A stretch of 64,000 bases of DNA, taken from the NCBI GenBank assembly GCA_963664825.1, contig OY761614.1:1088001-1152000 (forward strand). Direction: 5' to 3'. This stretch comes from an uncultured Holophaga sp. GTDB lineage: Bacteria > Acidobacteriota > Holophagae > Holophagales > Holophagaceae. Positions within the stretch are counted from its first letter, which is position 1, and each line of letters begins with the position of its first letter. A program made the translations under genes and the position numbers. This document shows, one piece after another, positions 44,493-53,068 of this stretch. The notes under the pieces were generated by a model, which was given only the letters and a program-made list of their open reading frames with translations, ran no database searches and had not been told where the DNA came from.

Positions 44493-45347
44493 ATGCGAAA
44501 GCGCCTAACCCTCGAAGAACGCCGTGACCGTCGCCGCAGAGCCGTGCGCCGATCCAAGTTCGCCCTGCCCTCCATCGTCACGATGATATCCGTCCTCTGC
44601 GGCTTCTCCAGCGTCGTGATGTCCATCAACGCCGCGGGAGACAACCCCCAGGGATATTTCCTATGGGCCGCGGGTCTCCTGGTGCTGGCCGGAGTCTTCG
44701 ATGGCCTGGATGGCCGCATCGCCCGGGCCACCAATACCGCCACGGATTTCGGAGTCCAACTGGACTCCCTCGCCGATGTGCTCAGCTTCGGCATGGCGCC
44801 GGCCATCCTCGCCTATCGATACGGGTTCTTCACCCTGGGTTTGGCCGATCACCGGCTGCGGGCCATCGGATGGGCGGCCACCTTCTTCTTCATCGCCTGC
44901 GGGGCCCTGCGCCTGGCGCGTTTCAACGTCCAGGTGGGCGCGGTGGATTCCCGGTTTTTCGTGGGCATGCCCATCCCCGCCGGAGCGGCCTGCGTGGCTG
45001 CCGTCATCCTGGCCTGGCCCACCCCGCCCGCGACCCCCTTCCACGCCTACCTCTTCGCCTTCGAGCTCTTCACCGTGGGCCTCCTGATGGTCTCTGCCCT
45101 GCGCTTCCCCAATTTCAAGAAGGTCTCGCCCAAGCCCTGGGTGCGCCGCTGGATGACCATTGGCTTCATCGGCTTGCTCTGCCTGCTGATCATCTTCCCC
45201 AGGGATTTCTTCCTGGCCTTCTTCGCCGTGTACACCTTCCTGGGACTGGCGTTGAACCTGGCGTGGCTCCTGGGTTGGCGGGGCGTACAGCCCCCCCAAA
45301 GGATCTTCCCCTCGGTGGAAGTGGAAGACGACGAGACCATCCAGTAG
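44493..45347 (+). CDS. pssA: CDP-diacylglycerol--serine O-phosphatidyltransferase
   Basis: CDP-alcohol motif DGLDGRIAR...FGVQLDSLAD, ALRLARFNV, FVGMPIPAGA. Confidence 0.9.
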   Translation: MRKRLTLEERRDRRRRAVRRSKFALPSIVTMISVLCGFSSVVMSINAAGDNPQGYFLWAAGLLVLAGVFDGLDGRIARATNTATDFGVQLDSLADVLSFGMAPAILAYRYGFFTLGLADHRLRAIGWAATFFFIACGALRLARFNVQVGAVDSRFFVGMPIPAGAACVAAVILAWPTPPATPFHAYLFAFELFTVGLLMVSALRFPNFKKVSPKPWVRRWMTIGFIGLLCLLIIFPRDFFLAFFAVYTFLGLALNLAWLLGWRGVQPPQRIFPSVEVEDDETIQ

Positions 45348-45409
45348 GAGTGAAGCCATTCCAAAATCCCGGTCCAGGTCTATCGCTGAGGGACGATTCG
45401 AGAAATTCC

Positions 45410-45437
45410 GCAGACGGGGCCCCAGGGCCCCGTCTGC
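45410..45437. terminator. Hairpin between convergent pssA and DUF2892 genes
   Basis: 12-bp perfect stem GCAGACGGGGCC-CCAG-GGCCCCGTCTGC. Confidence 0.6.
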
Positions 45438-45474
45438 ATAGAGGAAACAGGAGGCTGAAATCCAAGGAGGACCC

Positions 45475-45759
45475 TCAGGGGACCCCACAGGCACCCTGGG
45501 AAGGCACGCCCAGCCAAGCCAGGAGCCTCGACATCAGACACCAGTTGGTGAACCCGCTCTGCAGCAGATTGGCCCCCACGAAGACCGTGAGCCAGAGCCA
45601 GTTTGGATTGTGCCATTGGGCGAGGGCCAGGCTGGCGAGAATCAGGGTTCCAGCGACCGAGTGGACGATGCGATCGACGTGCACGCGGGACTTCCGTGGC
45701 CCGCGCAATGCGGGCGTTGCCTGCGGCAACGTGGCACTTCGCTCCTGCTTTGCGCTCAT
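45475..45759 (-). CDS. DUF2892 (YgaP-like) membrane protein
   Basis: VDRIVHSVAG..., WLWLTVFVGANLLQSGFTNWCLM. Confidence 0.88.
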   Translation of the reverse strand: MSAKQERSATLPQATPALRGPRKSRVHVDRIVHSVAGTLILASLALAQWHNPNWLWLTVFVGANLLQSGFTNWCLMSRLLAWLGVPSQGACGVP

Positions 45760-48700
45760 AGGGATCTCCTCTGGTTGATCTGTCCCTGCCTCTGCAGGAG
45801 CGCCGCCCGCCCCCTGCCGGCGACCAGGAAGTAGAGGACGGGCACGGCCATCCTCGAGAGCAGCGTGGCGGCCACTTCCCCCGCCATCAAACTGATGGCG
45901 AGGCCCTGAAAGATGGGATCGGCCAACATGACGGCGCTGCCCACCATGACGGCAGCGGCCGTGAGGAGCATGGGGCGGAAGCGCACGACGCCGGCCTCTT
46001 CCACCGCGCTCTCCAGCGCCATGCCCTCCTTCAGCTTCAGCTCGATGAAATCCACTAGGATGATGCTATTGCGCACGATGATGCCGGCGCCTGCGATGAA
46101 GCCGATCATGCTGGTGGCCGTGAAGAAGGCGCCGAAGAGGCCATGGGCGGGGATGATGCCGATGAGCGAAAGGGGAATGGGCACTAGTATCACTAAAGGA
46201 ACTTCGAAGCTCTCGAACCAGCCCACCACCAGGATGTAGATGAGGATCAGCACGGCGGCAAAGGCCAGCCCGAGATCCCGGAAGACCTCCAGCGTGATGT
46301 GCCACTCGCCGTCCCACTTCATCACCAGGTTTTCCGTATTCTCCGGGTGGGCCAAGCCCAGACGGGCCACGGGCTGACCGGCTGTGCCCTTGAGGGCGTC
46401 GATCTTCTTGTTCAGGGCCGAGAGCGCATAGACGGGACTCTCGATGACCCCCGCCAGATCGCCGAAGACGTAAGCCACAGGCATCAGGTTCTTGTGGAAG
46501 ATGGGCGAGTTCTCTCGGCCCTCCTGGACGCGCACCAGTTCGGAAAGGGGCACGGGACCGCGCATTCCGGGCACCGTCATCTGGAGCATCTGGTCCAGGC
46601 GCTGGCGCTGGAAGCTCGCGAGCTGAACAATCACGGGCACCTGCGTGCTGCCACGCTGCACGTGGAAGCTGCCGAGACTTTGGCCGTTGCCCGCCATGTA
46701 CAGGGTCTGGATGACACTGGCTGGAGCCACGCCATGGAGGGCGGCCTTTTCCCTGTCGAGAACGAGACTGATCTTGGGGCTTGTGGAATTGAGTGTGGAG
46801 TCGATATCCACCACGCCCTCCACGCTGCGAAAGGCCTGCTCCACCTCACCGGCAAAGCGCCCTCGCTCTTGTTCCGTGGGACCGTACACCTCGGCCACCA
46901 GCGTATCCATGACGGGTGGCCCCGGCGGAATTTCGACAATCTTGACTCGGGCCCTCCGTGGCCCTCGCCCTTCGGGCCGACCTTCGGTCGGTCCTAATGG
47001 CCAATCCGGGCCATTGGTGATCCGTGCTTCGGCTTCACTCAAAATGTGTTCCAACACAGGGCGCAGGCGCACGGCGATGGCGTGGCTCTGCTCCTTGCGG
47101 TCCCCCTTGCCCACCAGGTTCACCTGGATATCGACCATCTGGGCCTCCCGGCGCATGAAGCTATGGCGCACCATCCCCACAAAGGTGAAGGGCGCGGCCT
47201 CGCCCGCATAGACCTGCACATCGCGGACGACCTCCTCCTGCAAGAGCCTCCGGGCGATGTCCTGGCCCAGGGCCAGGGCGTCTTCCTGGGGGGTTCCCGC
47301 GGGCAGATCGAGCTGCACCATGAACTCCGATTTGTTATCGAAGGGCAGCATCTTCACCTTCACGGTGCCCGTGCCCACCAGGGCCATGACCGAGGCCAGC
47401 AGTATCAGGACCCCAGCGAAGAATCCCCAGCGGACTCTTGGGCTCCCCAGCAGGGCCCGCATGGCGCGCCGGTAGAGCCGTGTGCTCCAGGTATCGGGCA
47501 CCACCTCGGGATCGTGGTCCTGGAGGGGCTCGGCCGAAACGCTTTCATCGCTGGCGGGATGGAGGCCAGCCTCGTCCGTCTCGGGCAGGTGGGCTTCCTT
47601 CTTGAACACCTTCAAGGCCGCCCAGGGGCTGATGACGAAGGCGATGACCAGGCTGAACACCATGGCCAGGCTGGCCCCGATGGGGATGGGCCGCATGTAG
47701 GGCCCCATGAGCCCCCGCACGAAGGCCATGGGCAGGATGGCCGCGATGACGGCAAAGGTGGCGAGGATCGTGGGATTGCCCACCTCGTCCACGGCCTCGA
47801 TGACCACCTGGGAGAACCTCTTGCGTGGCGACCGGGACGGCGAGGAAGGGCTTCGCCCGCCCGAGCCGTGGGGGCCGAGGGGGGACGCAGACCCCGTGAG
47901 GGCGGGCGGTCCCCCCCAGTTGGCATCAAGATGCATATGGCGGTGAATGTTCTCCACCACCACGATGGCGTCGTCCACCAGGATGCCGATGGAAAAGATC
48001 AGCGCAAAGAGGGTGACGCGGTTCAGGGTGTAACCGAAGAGGTAGGTGATGAGCAGCGTCAGGGCCAGGGTCACGGGCACGGCCACGCCCACCACCACCG
48101 CCGATCTCCAACCCATGGCCAGCAGGATGAGGGTGATGACACTGAGGGTGGCGATGAGGAGATGCTCGATGAGCTCGTTGCTCTTGTCCCCGGCCGTCTC
48201 GCCATAATTGCGCGTCACGGTCACGTTCAGGTCCCGCGGGATGAGGCTACCCCGCAGGGCCTCGACCTTTCGCAGCACCCCGTGGGCCAGTTCCGTGGCA
48301 TTGGAGCCCGCGCGCTTGGAGAGCGTCACGGTCACGGCGGAATCGAAGCCGCCACTCCTGGTCCCGTAGAGCACGATGGGAGGATTGGGTTCCGGACCAT
48401 CCCACACCCGGGCCACATCGCCCAGGTAGATCGGACGGCCATTCTTCACGGAGACCACCAGGCGATTCAGCTCGGAGGCTTCCAATACGAAGCCCGAGGC
48501 CTCCAGCACCGTGCGTTTGTTGCGATCCACCAGGCTGCCTGCGGGAAGCTGGCTCTCGGCACTCTGGAGGGCAGGCTGCAGTTCCCCCAGGCTCAGGCCG
48601 TAGGCGCGGAGCTTCTCGGGATCGGGTTCGATGCGCACCATGCGCTTGGCGCCGCCAATCACCTTGGCCTGGGCCGTGTTGGGCACGGTGCCCAGCTCCC

Positions 48701-49211
48701 GAGCCAGGGCCTCGCCCATCGCCCGCAGTTGGCCGGGGGTCGAGCCTTGGCTGTGGAGCGTGAGCCCCAGGAAGGGCACGTCGTCGATGGTGAGCAGGCG
48801 CACGATGGGCTTCAGGGCGCCGCTGGGCAGTAGATCGGCATTGGCCGCCAGCTCCTGGTGGACCTTGACCAGGCTGGATTCCTGGGGCTCGTTCACCTTG
48901 AAGCGCACAGTGATGAGCGCCATGTTGGGCAGGCTGGTGCTGTAGAGGTATTCCACCCCAGATAGGCCCCAGAGGCGCTTCTCCAGGGGGATCGTGATCT
49001 GACTCTCGATCTCCCGGGGGCTGGCCCCGGGCATGGGAACGTAGATGTCGACCATGGGCACGACGATCTGAGGTTCCTCCTCCCGAGGGGTGAGTACCAC
49101 CGCCAGGAGGCCCAACAGCAGGGAGGCCCCCACGATGAGGGGGGTCAATTTGCTATGGAGGAAGGACTTGGCGAGGCGACCCGCCAGGCCCAGAGGACCG
49201 CTGCCGCTCAC
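45756..49211 (-). CDS. RND efflux permease (AcrB/AcrD/AcrF family)
   Basis: TPREEEPQI, GILVDDAIVVVENI, KMLPFDNKSE, RNSIILVDF, RFRPMLLT; 1151 aa including two apparent insertions. Confidence 0.95.
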   Translation of the reverse strand: MSGSGPLGLAGRLAKSFLHSKLTPLIVGASLLLGLLAVVLTPREEEPQIVVPMVDIYVPMPGASPREIESQITIPLEKRLWGLSGVEYLYSTSLPNMALITVRFKVNEPQESSLVKVHQELAANADLLPSGALKPIVRLLTIDDVPFLGLTLHSQGSTPGQLRAMGEALARELGTVPNTAQAKVIGGAKRMVRIEPDPEKLRAYGLSLGELQPALQSAESQLPAGSLVDRNKRTVLEASGFVLEASELNRLVVSVKNGRPIYLGDVARVWDGPEPNPPIVLYGTRSGGFDSAVTVTLSKRAGSNATELAHGVLRKVEALRGSLIPRDLNVTVTRNYGETAGDKSNELIEHLLIATLSVITLILLAMGWRSAVVVGVAVPVTLALTLLITYLFGYTLNRVTLFALIFSIGILVDDAIVVVENIHRHMHLDANWGGPPALTGSASPLGPHGSGGRSPSSPSRSPRKRFSQVVIEAVDEVGNPTILATFAVIAAILPMAFVRGLMGPYMRPIPIGASLAMVFSLVIAFVISPWAALKVFKKEAHLPETDEAGLHPASDESVSAEPLQDHDPEVVPDTWSTRLYRRAMRALLGSPRVRWGFFAGVLILLASVMALVGTGTVKVKMLPFDNKSEFMVQLDLPAGTPQEDALALGQDIARRLLQEEVVRDVQVYAGEAAPFTFVGMVRHSFMRREAQMVDIQVNLVGKGDRKEQSHAIAVRLRPVLEHILSEAEARITNGPDWPLGPTEGRPEGRGPRRARVKIVEIPPGPPVMDTLVAEVYGPTEQERGRFAGEVEQAFRSVEGVVDIDSTLNSTSPKISLVLDREKAALHGVAPASVIQTLYMAGNGQSLGSFHVQRGSTQVPVIVQLASFQRQRLDQMLQMTVPGMRGPVPLSELVRVQEGRENSPIFHKNLMPVAYVFGDLAGVIESPVYALSALNKKIDALKGTAGQPVARLGLAHPENTENLVMKWDGEWHITLEVFRDLGLAFAAVLILIYILVVGWFESFEVPLVILVPIPLSLIGIIPAHGLFGAFFTATSMIGFIAGAGIIVRNSIILVDFIELKLKEGMALESAVEEAGVVRFRPMLLTAAAVMVGSAVMLADPIFQGLAISLMAGEVAATLLSRMAVPVLYFLVAGRGRAALLQRQGQINQRRSL
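46947..47021. repeat. 75-bp multi-hairpin element inserted in frame in the RND gene
   Basis: Plus strand has stacked hairpins GGGCC..GGCCC, GCCC-TTC-GGGC, CGACC-TTC-GGTCG and AATGGCC..GGCCATT. It encodes 25 low-complexity residues. Confidence 0.55.
47835..47925. repeat. Second GC-rich palindromic in-frame insertion in the RND gene (ends approximate)
   Basis: GGGC-TTC-GCCC and GGGGGGAC...GTCCCCCC hairpins; encodes a G/P/S-rich peptide after TM4. Confidence 0.45.
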
Positions 49212-50224
49212 TTCGTCACCTCGACAGGCTGACCGTCCCGGAGCCCTCCGGGAGCGTCAATGACGGGTTCCCCCTGAACCAGACCCGCGCGAACGGGGAT
49301 GCGATCCCCCTGCCCTGCGCCCAGGGATATCCAGCGCAGCTCGGCCTTGCCATCTTTGACCACAAAGACGCCGTTCAATTCGCCGCGTTGCACGAGCGCG
49401 CTCCTGGAGACGGATAGCTCCGGACTTGCAGGCCCATTCATCCCCGGCAGTTTCAGGCGCCCGAAGGCCCCGGAGCGGAGGCCCTCTCCCCCCTTGACCA
49501 CGCGGGCGCGAAGGCTACCCCGGTGGGAGATGGGGTCGCCCCCGGTGGAAAGGCCCGTGATCTGGGCGACGCCAGTCTTTCCATCCACTTCGAAGGACAG
49601 ATTCTGTCCGATCCTCAGGCCCTTGGCCTCTCCTTCGGACAGGCTGCCTGTGAATTCCATGGCTCCCTGCCCTTCCACTTCCACCAGCGGCATTCCGGGG
49701 GCCACGAAATCCCCCTCGCTCACGCGACGGGACTGGACGACTCCCGCGAAGGGGGACCGGATCTGGGTGTATCCGATGCTGGCCTTCACAACCGCTAGGC
49801 CCGCCCGGGCCTGGGCGAGCTGAACATTGGCCTGGTCCAGTTCCACGGGAATGGCGGCATTCTGCCTAGCCAAGTTCTCCATGCGATGGAGCTGGGTGGT
49901 GGCGGCGGTGACCGCCGCTTCCGCGGCCTTCAATCCCCCCTGGAGATCCTCATCGTGGAGGCTCACCAGCAGCGCACCTGCGGCCACGGGCTGGCCCTCG
50001 GTCACGTAAACCCGTCTGACTGAGGCTGCCAGGCGCGTGGCCAGTGTCGCCCGCTGGGTGGAGCCGAGGCTCACGGCCACCCAGCCAGCCTGGGCGGCAT
50101 CAATGGTGGAGGCCAGACGCACCCTCACCCTGGGAAGTTGCGGGGGCTTGGGTTCCTCAGGCCTGCCGCAGGCGACGGTTCCCAGGAGGAGGGCCAGGGC
50201 GGACGGAAACAGAATGGACTTCAT
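49208..50224 (-). CDS. RND periplasmic adaptor (MFP) lipoprotein
   Basis: Lipobox-like TVAC, VTEGQPVAAG, IRSPFAGVV, GL..GEPVI. Confidence 0.93.
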   Translation of the reverse strand: MKSILFPSALALLLGTVACGRPEEPKPPQLPRVRVRLASTIDAAQAGWVAVSLGSTQRATLATRLAASVRRVYVTEGQPVAAGALLVSLHDEDLQGGLKAAEAAVTAATTQLHRMENLARQNAAIPVELDQANVQLAQARAGLAVVKASIGYTQIRSPFAGVVQSRRVSEGDFVAPGMPLVEVEGQGAMEFTGSLSEGEAKGLRIGQNLSFEVDGKTGVAQITGLSTGGDPISHRGSLRARVVKGGEGLRSGAFGRLKLPGMNGPASPELSVSRSALVQRGELNGVFVVKDGKAELRWISLGAGQGDRIPVRAGLVQGEPVIDAPGGLRDGQPVEVTK

Positions 50225-50228
50225 CGAT

Positions 50229-51524
50229 TCACTCCTTCACATTCTCAATGGGTTGGCCAAGGGCGAGGGCCAGTTGGGCCTGCCCCAGGCGCCGCTCCAA
50301 CTGGCTGCCCAGCAGGAGCGTGCGGGCTGCGGCCAGACCGGATTCCGCATCCAGCACTTCCACAAGGGACAGGAGCCCTTCCCGGTGACGGGCGGTGCGG
50401 ATGGCCCGCACGGATTCGGAAGCTTCCAGGGCGGTCTTCGCGAAAACAATCTTGGATTCCGCGGTCTGGATGGCCCGGCGGGCCTCTTCGACCTCGCGGC
50501 TAGCCAGGGATTCCTGCCACTTCACGTTGAATTCCGCGGCGCGGGCCTGGGCCCGGGCCGCGCTGATGCGCGCTGTGTCCGAAAAGGAAAAGGTCCATTT
50601 GGCGCCCAGGCTGGCCGTGGTCCAATTGCCGCCTGCGTTCCAGGACTGGCGCAGGGTCCCGGCGACGAGTTGAAGACCGACTTCGGGTTTGAGGCTGCCG
50701 CGAGCCGCCTTCACGCCCTCCCGGGCGGCCTGGGATTGCTGGCGAGCCGCTTCGAGATCCCCGCGCATCCCCGGGGCGACAAGAGCATCGGCACCGTCGA
50801 TGGGCGTAATCAACTCCACGGCGCGGGCATCCAAGCCCACCAACAGGCTCAGAGCCGAACGGGCCGAGGCAAGGCGCGCCTTGGCCTCCAGGAGTCCAGC
50901 CTCGGATTGGGCGTGAAAGGCCCGGCTGCGCTCCCCTTCGGAGCGAAGCATCAGGCCCTGGGCCACTCGGGCCAGCACGAAGCGCTCGGTTTCTAGGGCC
51001 TGATGAAGGGTGTCCTCGGCATAGCGCAGCCCCTGTTCGGCCACCTGGGCCCCGAAGTAGGCCTGGGTGATGGCCAGAGCCACCTGCTGCTTGCGATGTT
51101 CCTGGGAAGCCCCTTCAGCCCTGGCCTGGGCCGCCCCGGCGCGCCTGGCGGCCTCCAGGCGCCCTCCCGCATAGAGGGGCTGGCTCAGGGCGAGCGTCGC
51201 GCCCCCGCCCTGGATCCCATCCGGATGGTTCAGATTGGAAGGCATGAAATCCGTTGGGGCGATGCGGGCCTGGTTGAGCTTCGTCCCGAAGGCCATCATG
51301 GGCTCGTCCGTGTGCATGAAGCCCAGACCAAGGGTTGCCGTGGGCAGACGCAGGGCGGCCATCGCCTCAGCCTCGGCGCGGGCCTTGGCCACCATGGCCT
51401 CGCCGGCCTGCAATCCCGCTTGCTGGGACCAGGCTGTCCGGATGGCCTCCGGGAGGCTCAAGGGGGCCTGGGCCTGCAACACGAGCGTCGCCAGGGGGAG
51501 GCATAAAATCAATCGATCAACCAT
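50229..51524 (-). CDS. TolC-family outer-membrane efflux protein
   Basis: Signal peptide, LSLPEAI, LSQPLYAGGR, REGLLSLVEVLDAE; in an operon with the MFP and RND genes. Confidence 0.92.
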   Translation of the reverse strand: MVDRLILCLPLATLVLQAQAPLSLPEAIRTAWSQQAGLQAGEAMVAKARAEAEAMAALRLPTATLGLGFMHTDEPMMAFGTKLNQARIAPTDFMPSNLNHPDGIQGGGATLALSQPLYAGGRLEAARRAGAAQARAEGASQEHRKQQVALAITQAYFGAQVAEQGLRYAEDTLHQALETERFVLARVAQGLMLRSEGERSRAFHAQSEAGLLEAKARLASARSALSLLVGLDARAVELITPIDGADALVAPGMRGDLEAARQQSQAAREGVKAARGSLKPEVGLQLVAGTLRQSWNAGGNWTTASLGAKWTFSFSDTARISAARAQARAAEFNVKWQESLASREVEEARRAIQTAESKIVFAKTALEASESVRAIRTARHREGLLSLVEVLDAESGLAAARTLLLGSQLERRLGQAQLALALGQPIENVKE

Positions 51525-51549
51525 ACAGGAATATTCCTTTCCAAAAAAA

Positions 51550-51882
51550 TCACGCCAATGAACGGTAGGCATTCTGGATGCGGGCCTTCACATGACCGCA
51601 GACGAGATCACAGAGTTCTTCGACAATGGGGGTCACAGGCTTGAAAAACACGAGATTCCCCTGCTGTTCCCGCAGGATCAATCCAACCTGCACCAGCATG
51701 GCCAAATGTTTACTGGCGTTGGCTTGGGAGAGGCCCGTGAGTTCGGCCAACCTGCCCTGGCAGAGGGGTTCCTTGGCTTCCAGCAGGGCCCGCAGGAGCT
51801 TCAGGCGGGAGACGTCCCCCAGGGAGCCGAAGATGAGGCTGACGTGACTGATGATCTGATCGCTGATGGGAGAGGTCTTCAC
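51550..51882 (-). CDS. ArsR/SmtB-family transcriptional repressor
   Basis: FGSLGDVSRLKLL, LSQANASKHLAML, REQQGNLVFF; cysteines in LCQ and LCDLVC. Confidence 0.92.
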   Translation of the reverse strand: MKTSPISDQIISHVSLIFGSLGDVSRLKLLRALLEAKEPLCQGRLAELTGLSQANASKHLAMLVQVGLILREQQGNLVFFKPVTPIVEELCDLVCGHVKARIQNAYRSLA

Positions 51883-51892
51883 AGTTCCACCT

Positions 51893-51930
51893 TACAACCA
51901 TTAAGTTATACCGTTGATTCACCCTGTCAA
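51893..51930 (-). promoter_or_regulatory. Promoter and probable ArsR operator
   Basis: Minus-strand TTGACA-16 bp-TAACTT overlapped by the inverted repeat TATAAC-N6-GTTGTA (51893-51910). Confidence 0.6.
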
Positions 51931-52008
51931 GGCCTTTCCCTAAGCACCCCGCCATCTGGCCGCTTGCGGATCCGGGGCCCCGCCCTGAGACTGAGCCTGG
52001 AGGATCTC

Positions 52009-52389
52009 TTGGCCCGTCGTCCCTGCTGCAAGCGAGTCGAGGAAATGCCCGGCGTGAACTATTTCAAGCCTCGGGCTGTGCCCCTCTCGGTATTGGAGGA
52101 GGTCCTCCTCTCGGTCGAGGAACTGGAAGCCCTACGGCTGGCCCACAAGGAAGCCCTCTACCAGCAGGAAGCGGCCGAACGCATGGGCGTCTCCCGAGCC
52201 ACCTTTGGCCGCGTGCTGGATGCCGCTCATCGCAAGGTCACCAAGGCCCTGGTGGAAGGCTGCGCCCTGCGCATCGAAGGCGGTTCCTTCTGCATGATCG
52301 GCCCGGAGCGCTGCGAGCGTTGCTTGGCTAAGGCCGCCGCCGAAGGCGGTGCTTCTCCCTGCGACGCGTGCCCCGTGAAGGCCCGCTGA
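52009..52389 (+). CDS. DUF134 (UPF0251) HTH DNA-binding protein with a Cys-rich tail
   Basis: GGAGGA plus a TTG start; MARRPCCKRV..YFKP, EELEALRL, QQEAAERMGVSRATF, IEGG, CERC..CDAC. Confidence 0.9.
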   Translation: MARRPCCKRVEEMPGVNYFKPRAVPLSVLEEVLLSVEELEALRLAHKEALYQQEAAERMGVSRATFGRVLDAAHRKVTKALVEGCALRIEGGSFCMIGPERCERCLAKAAAEGGASPCDACPVKAR

Positions 52390-52905
52390 TCAGGCTCCCC
52401 GAGGACGCTTCCCCTTGGTATTCCCGCTGGGAGCCTCGTCTAGGCCTGAATAATTGGGCAACACCGGGTTTCGCGCAAACTCGAAGATGAGCGACGTCTC
52501 GATATGGGAGACTTCGGAACGGGTCGTGAAGGCGTCCATGGCCAGATCCCGCATGTGCTGGGCATCCTGGACCGCCACATGGACCAGGAAATCGTGGCCT
52601 CCAGCCAGGTGGTAGATCGCAAGGACCTCAGGCAATCCCCGCAGGTATTTCCAGAAGGATTTCACCTGGGGGCGGCTGTGCTGGCGGAGCCTGACCGAGA
52701 CAAGAGCCTGAAGCCCGATGCCCAGGGCGGCGGGCGCCACTTCCGCATGGGCCTCCCCCAGGATGCCCGCCGCTCGAAGACGCTGCGTCCGGCATAGGCA
52801 TGTGGAAGGAGCCAGACCCACGGCCACGGCTATTTCCTTGTTGGACAAGCGAGCATTCTTCTGAAAATGCCGCAAAATATCGAAATCGATTCGGTCAAGG
52901 TCCAT
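52390..52905 (-). CDS. Lrp/AsnC-family transcriptional regulator
   Basis: LDRIDFDIL..QKNARLSNKEIA..VGLAPSTC, AGGHDFLVHV; divergent from a PLP lyase. Confidence 0.93.
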   Translation of the reverse strand: MDLDRIDFDILRHFQKNARLSNKEIAVAVGLAPSTCLCRTQRLRAAGILGEAHAEVAPAALGIGLQALVSVRLRQHSRPQVKSFWKYLRGLPEVLAIYHLAGGHDFLVHVAVQDAQHMRDLAMDAFTTRSEVSHIETSLIFEFARNPVLPNYSGLDEAPSGNTKGKRPRGA

Positions 52906-53068
52906 ATTCACGAGCATTCTCCAAATTTTATTCGTTGGGCACGAATCGTTTCGAATTCTATCTTGAATCAGTGCCCAGAGGAGGTGCTGCCCTTCCCATG
53001 GATCGGCAAAAGACGGTTCGGTTTTTCAGGCCGAACAGCCCCCTCGAGAGCGGCTACCAGGAGTGCCT

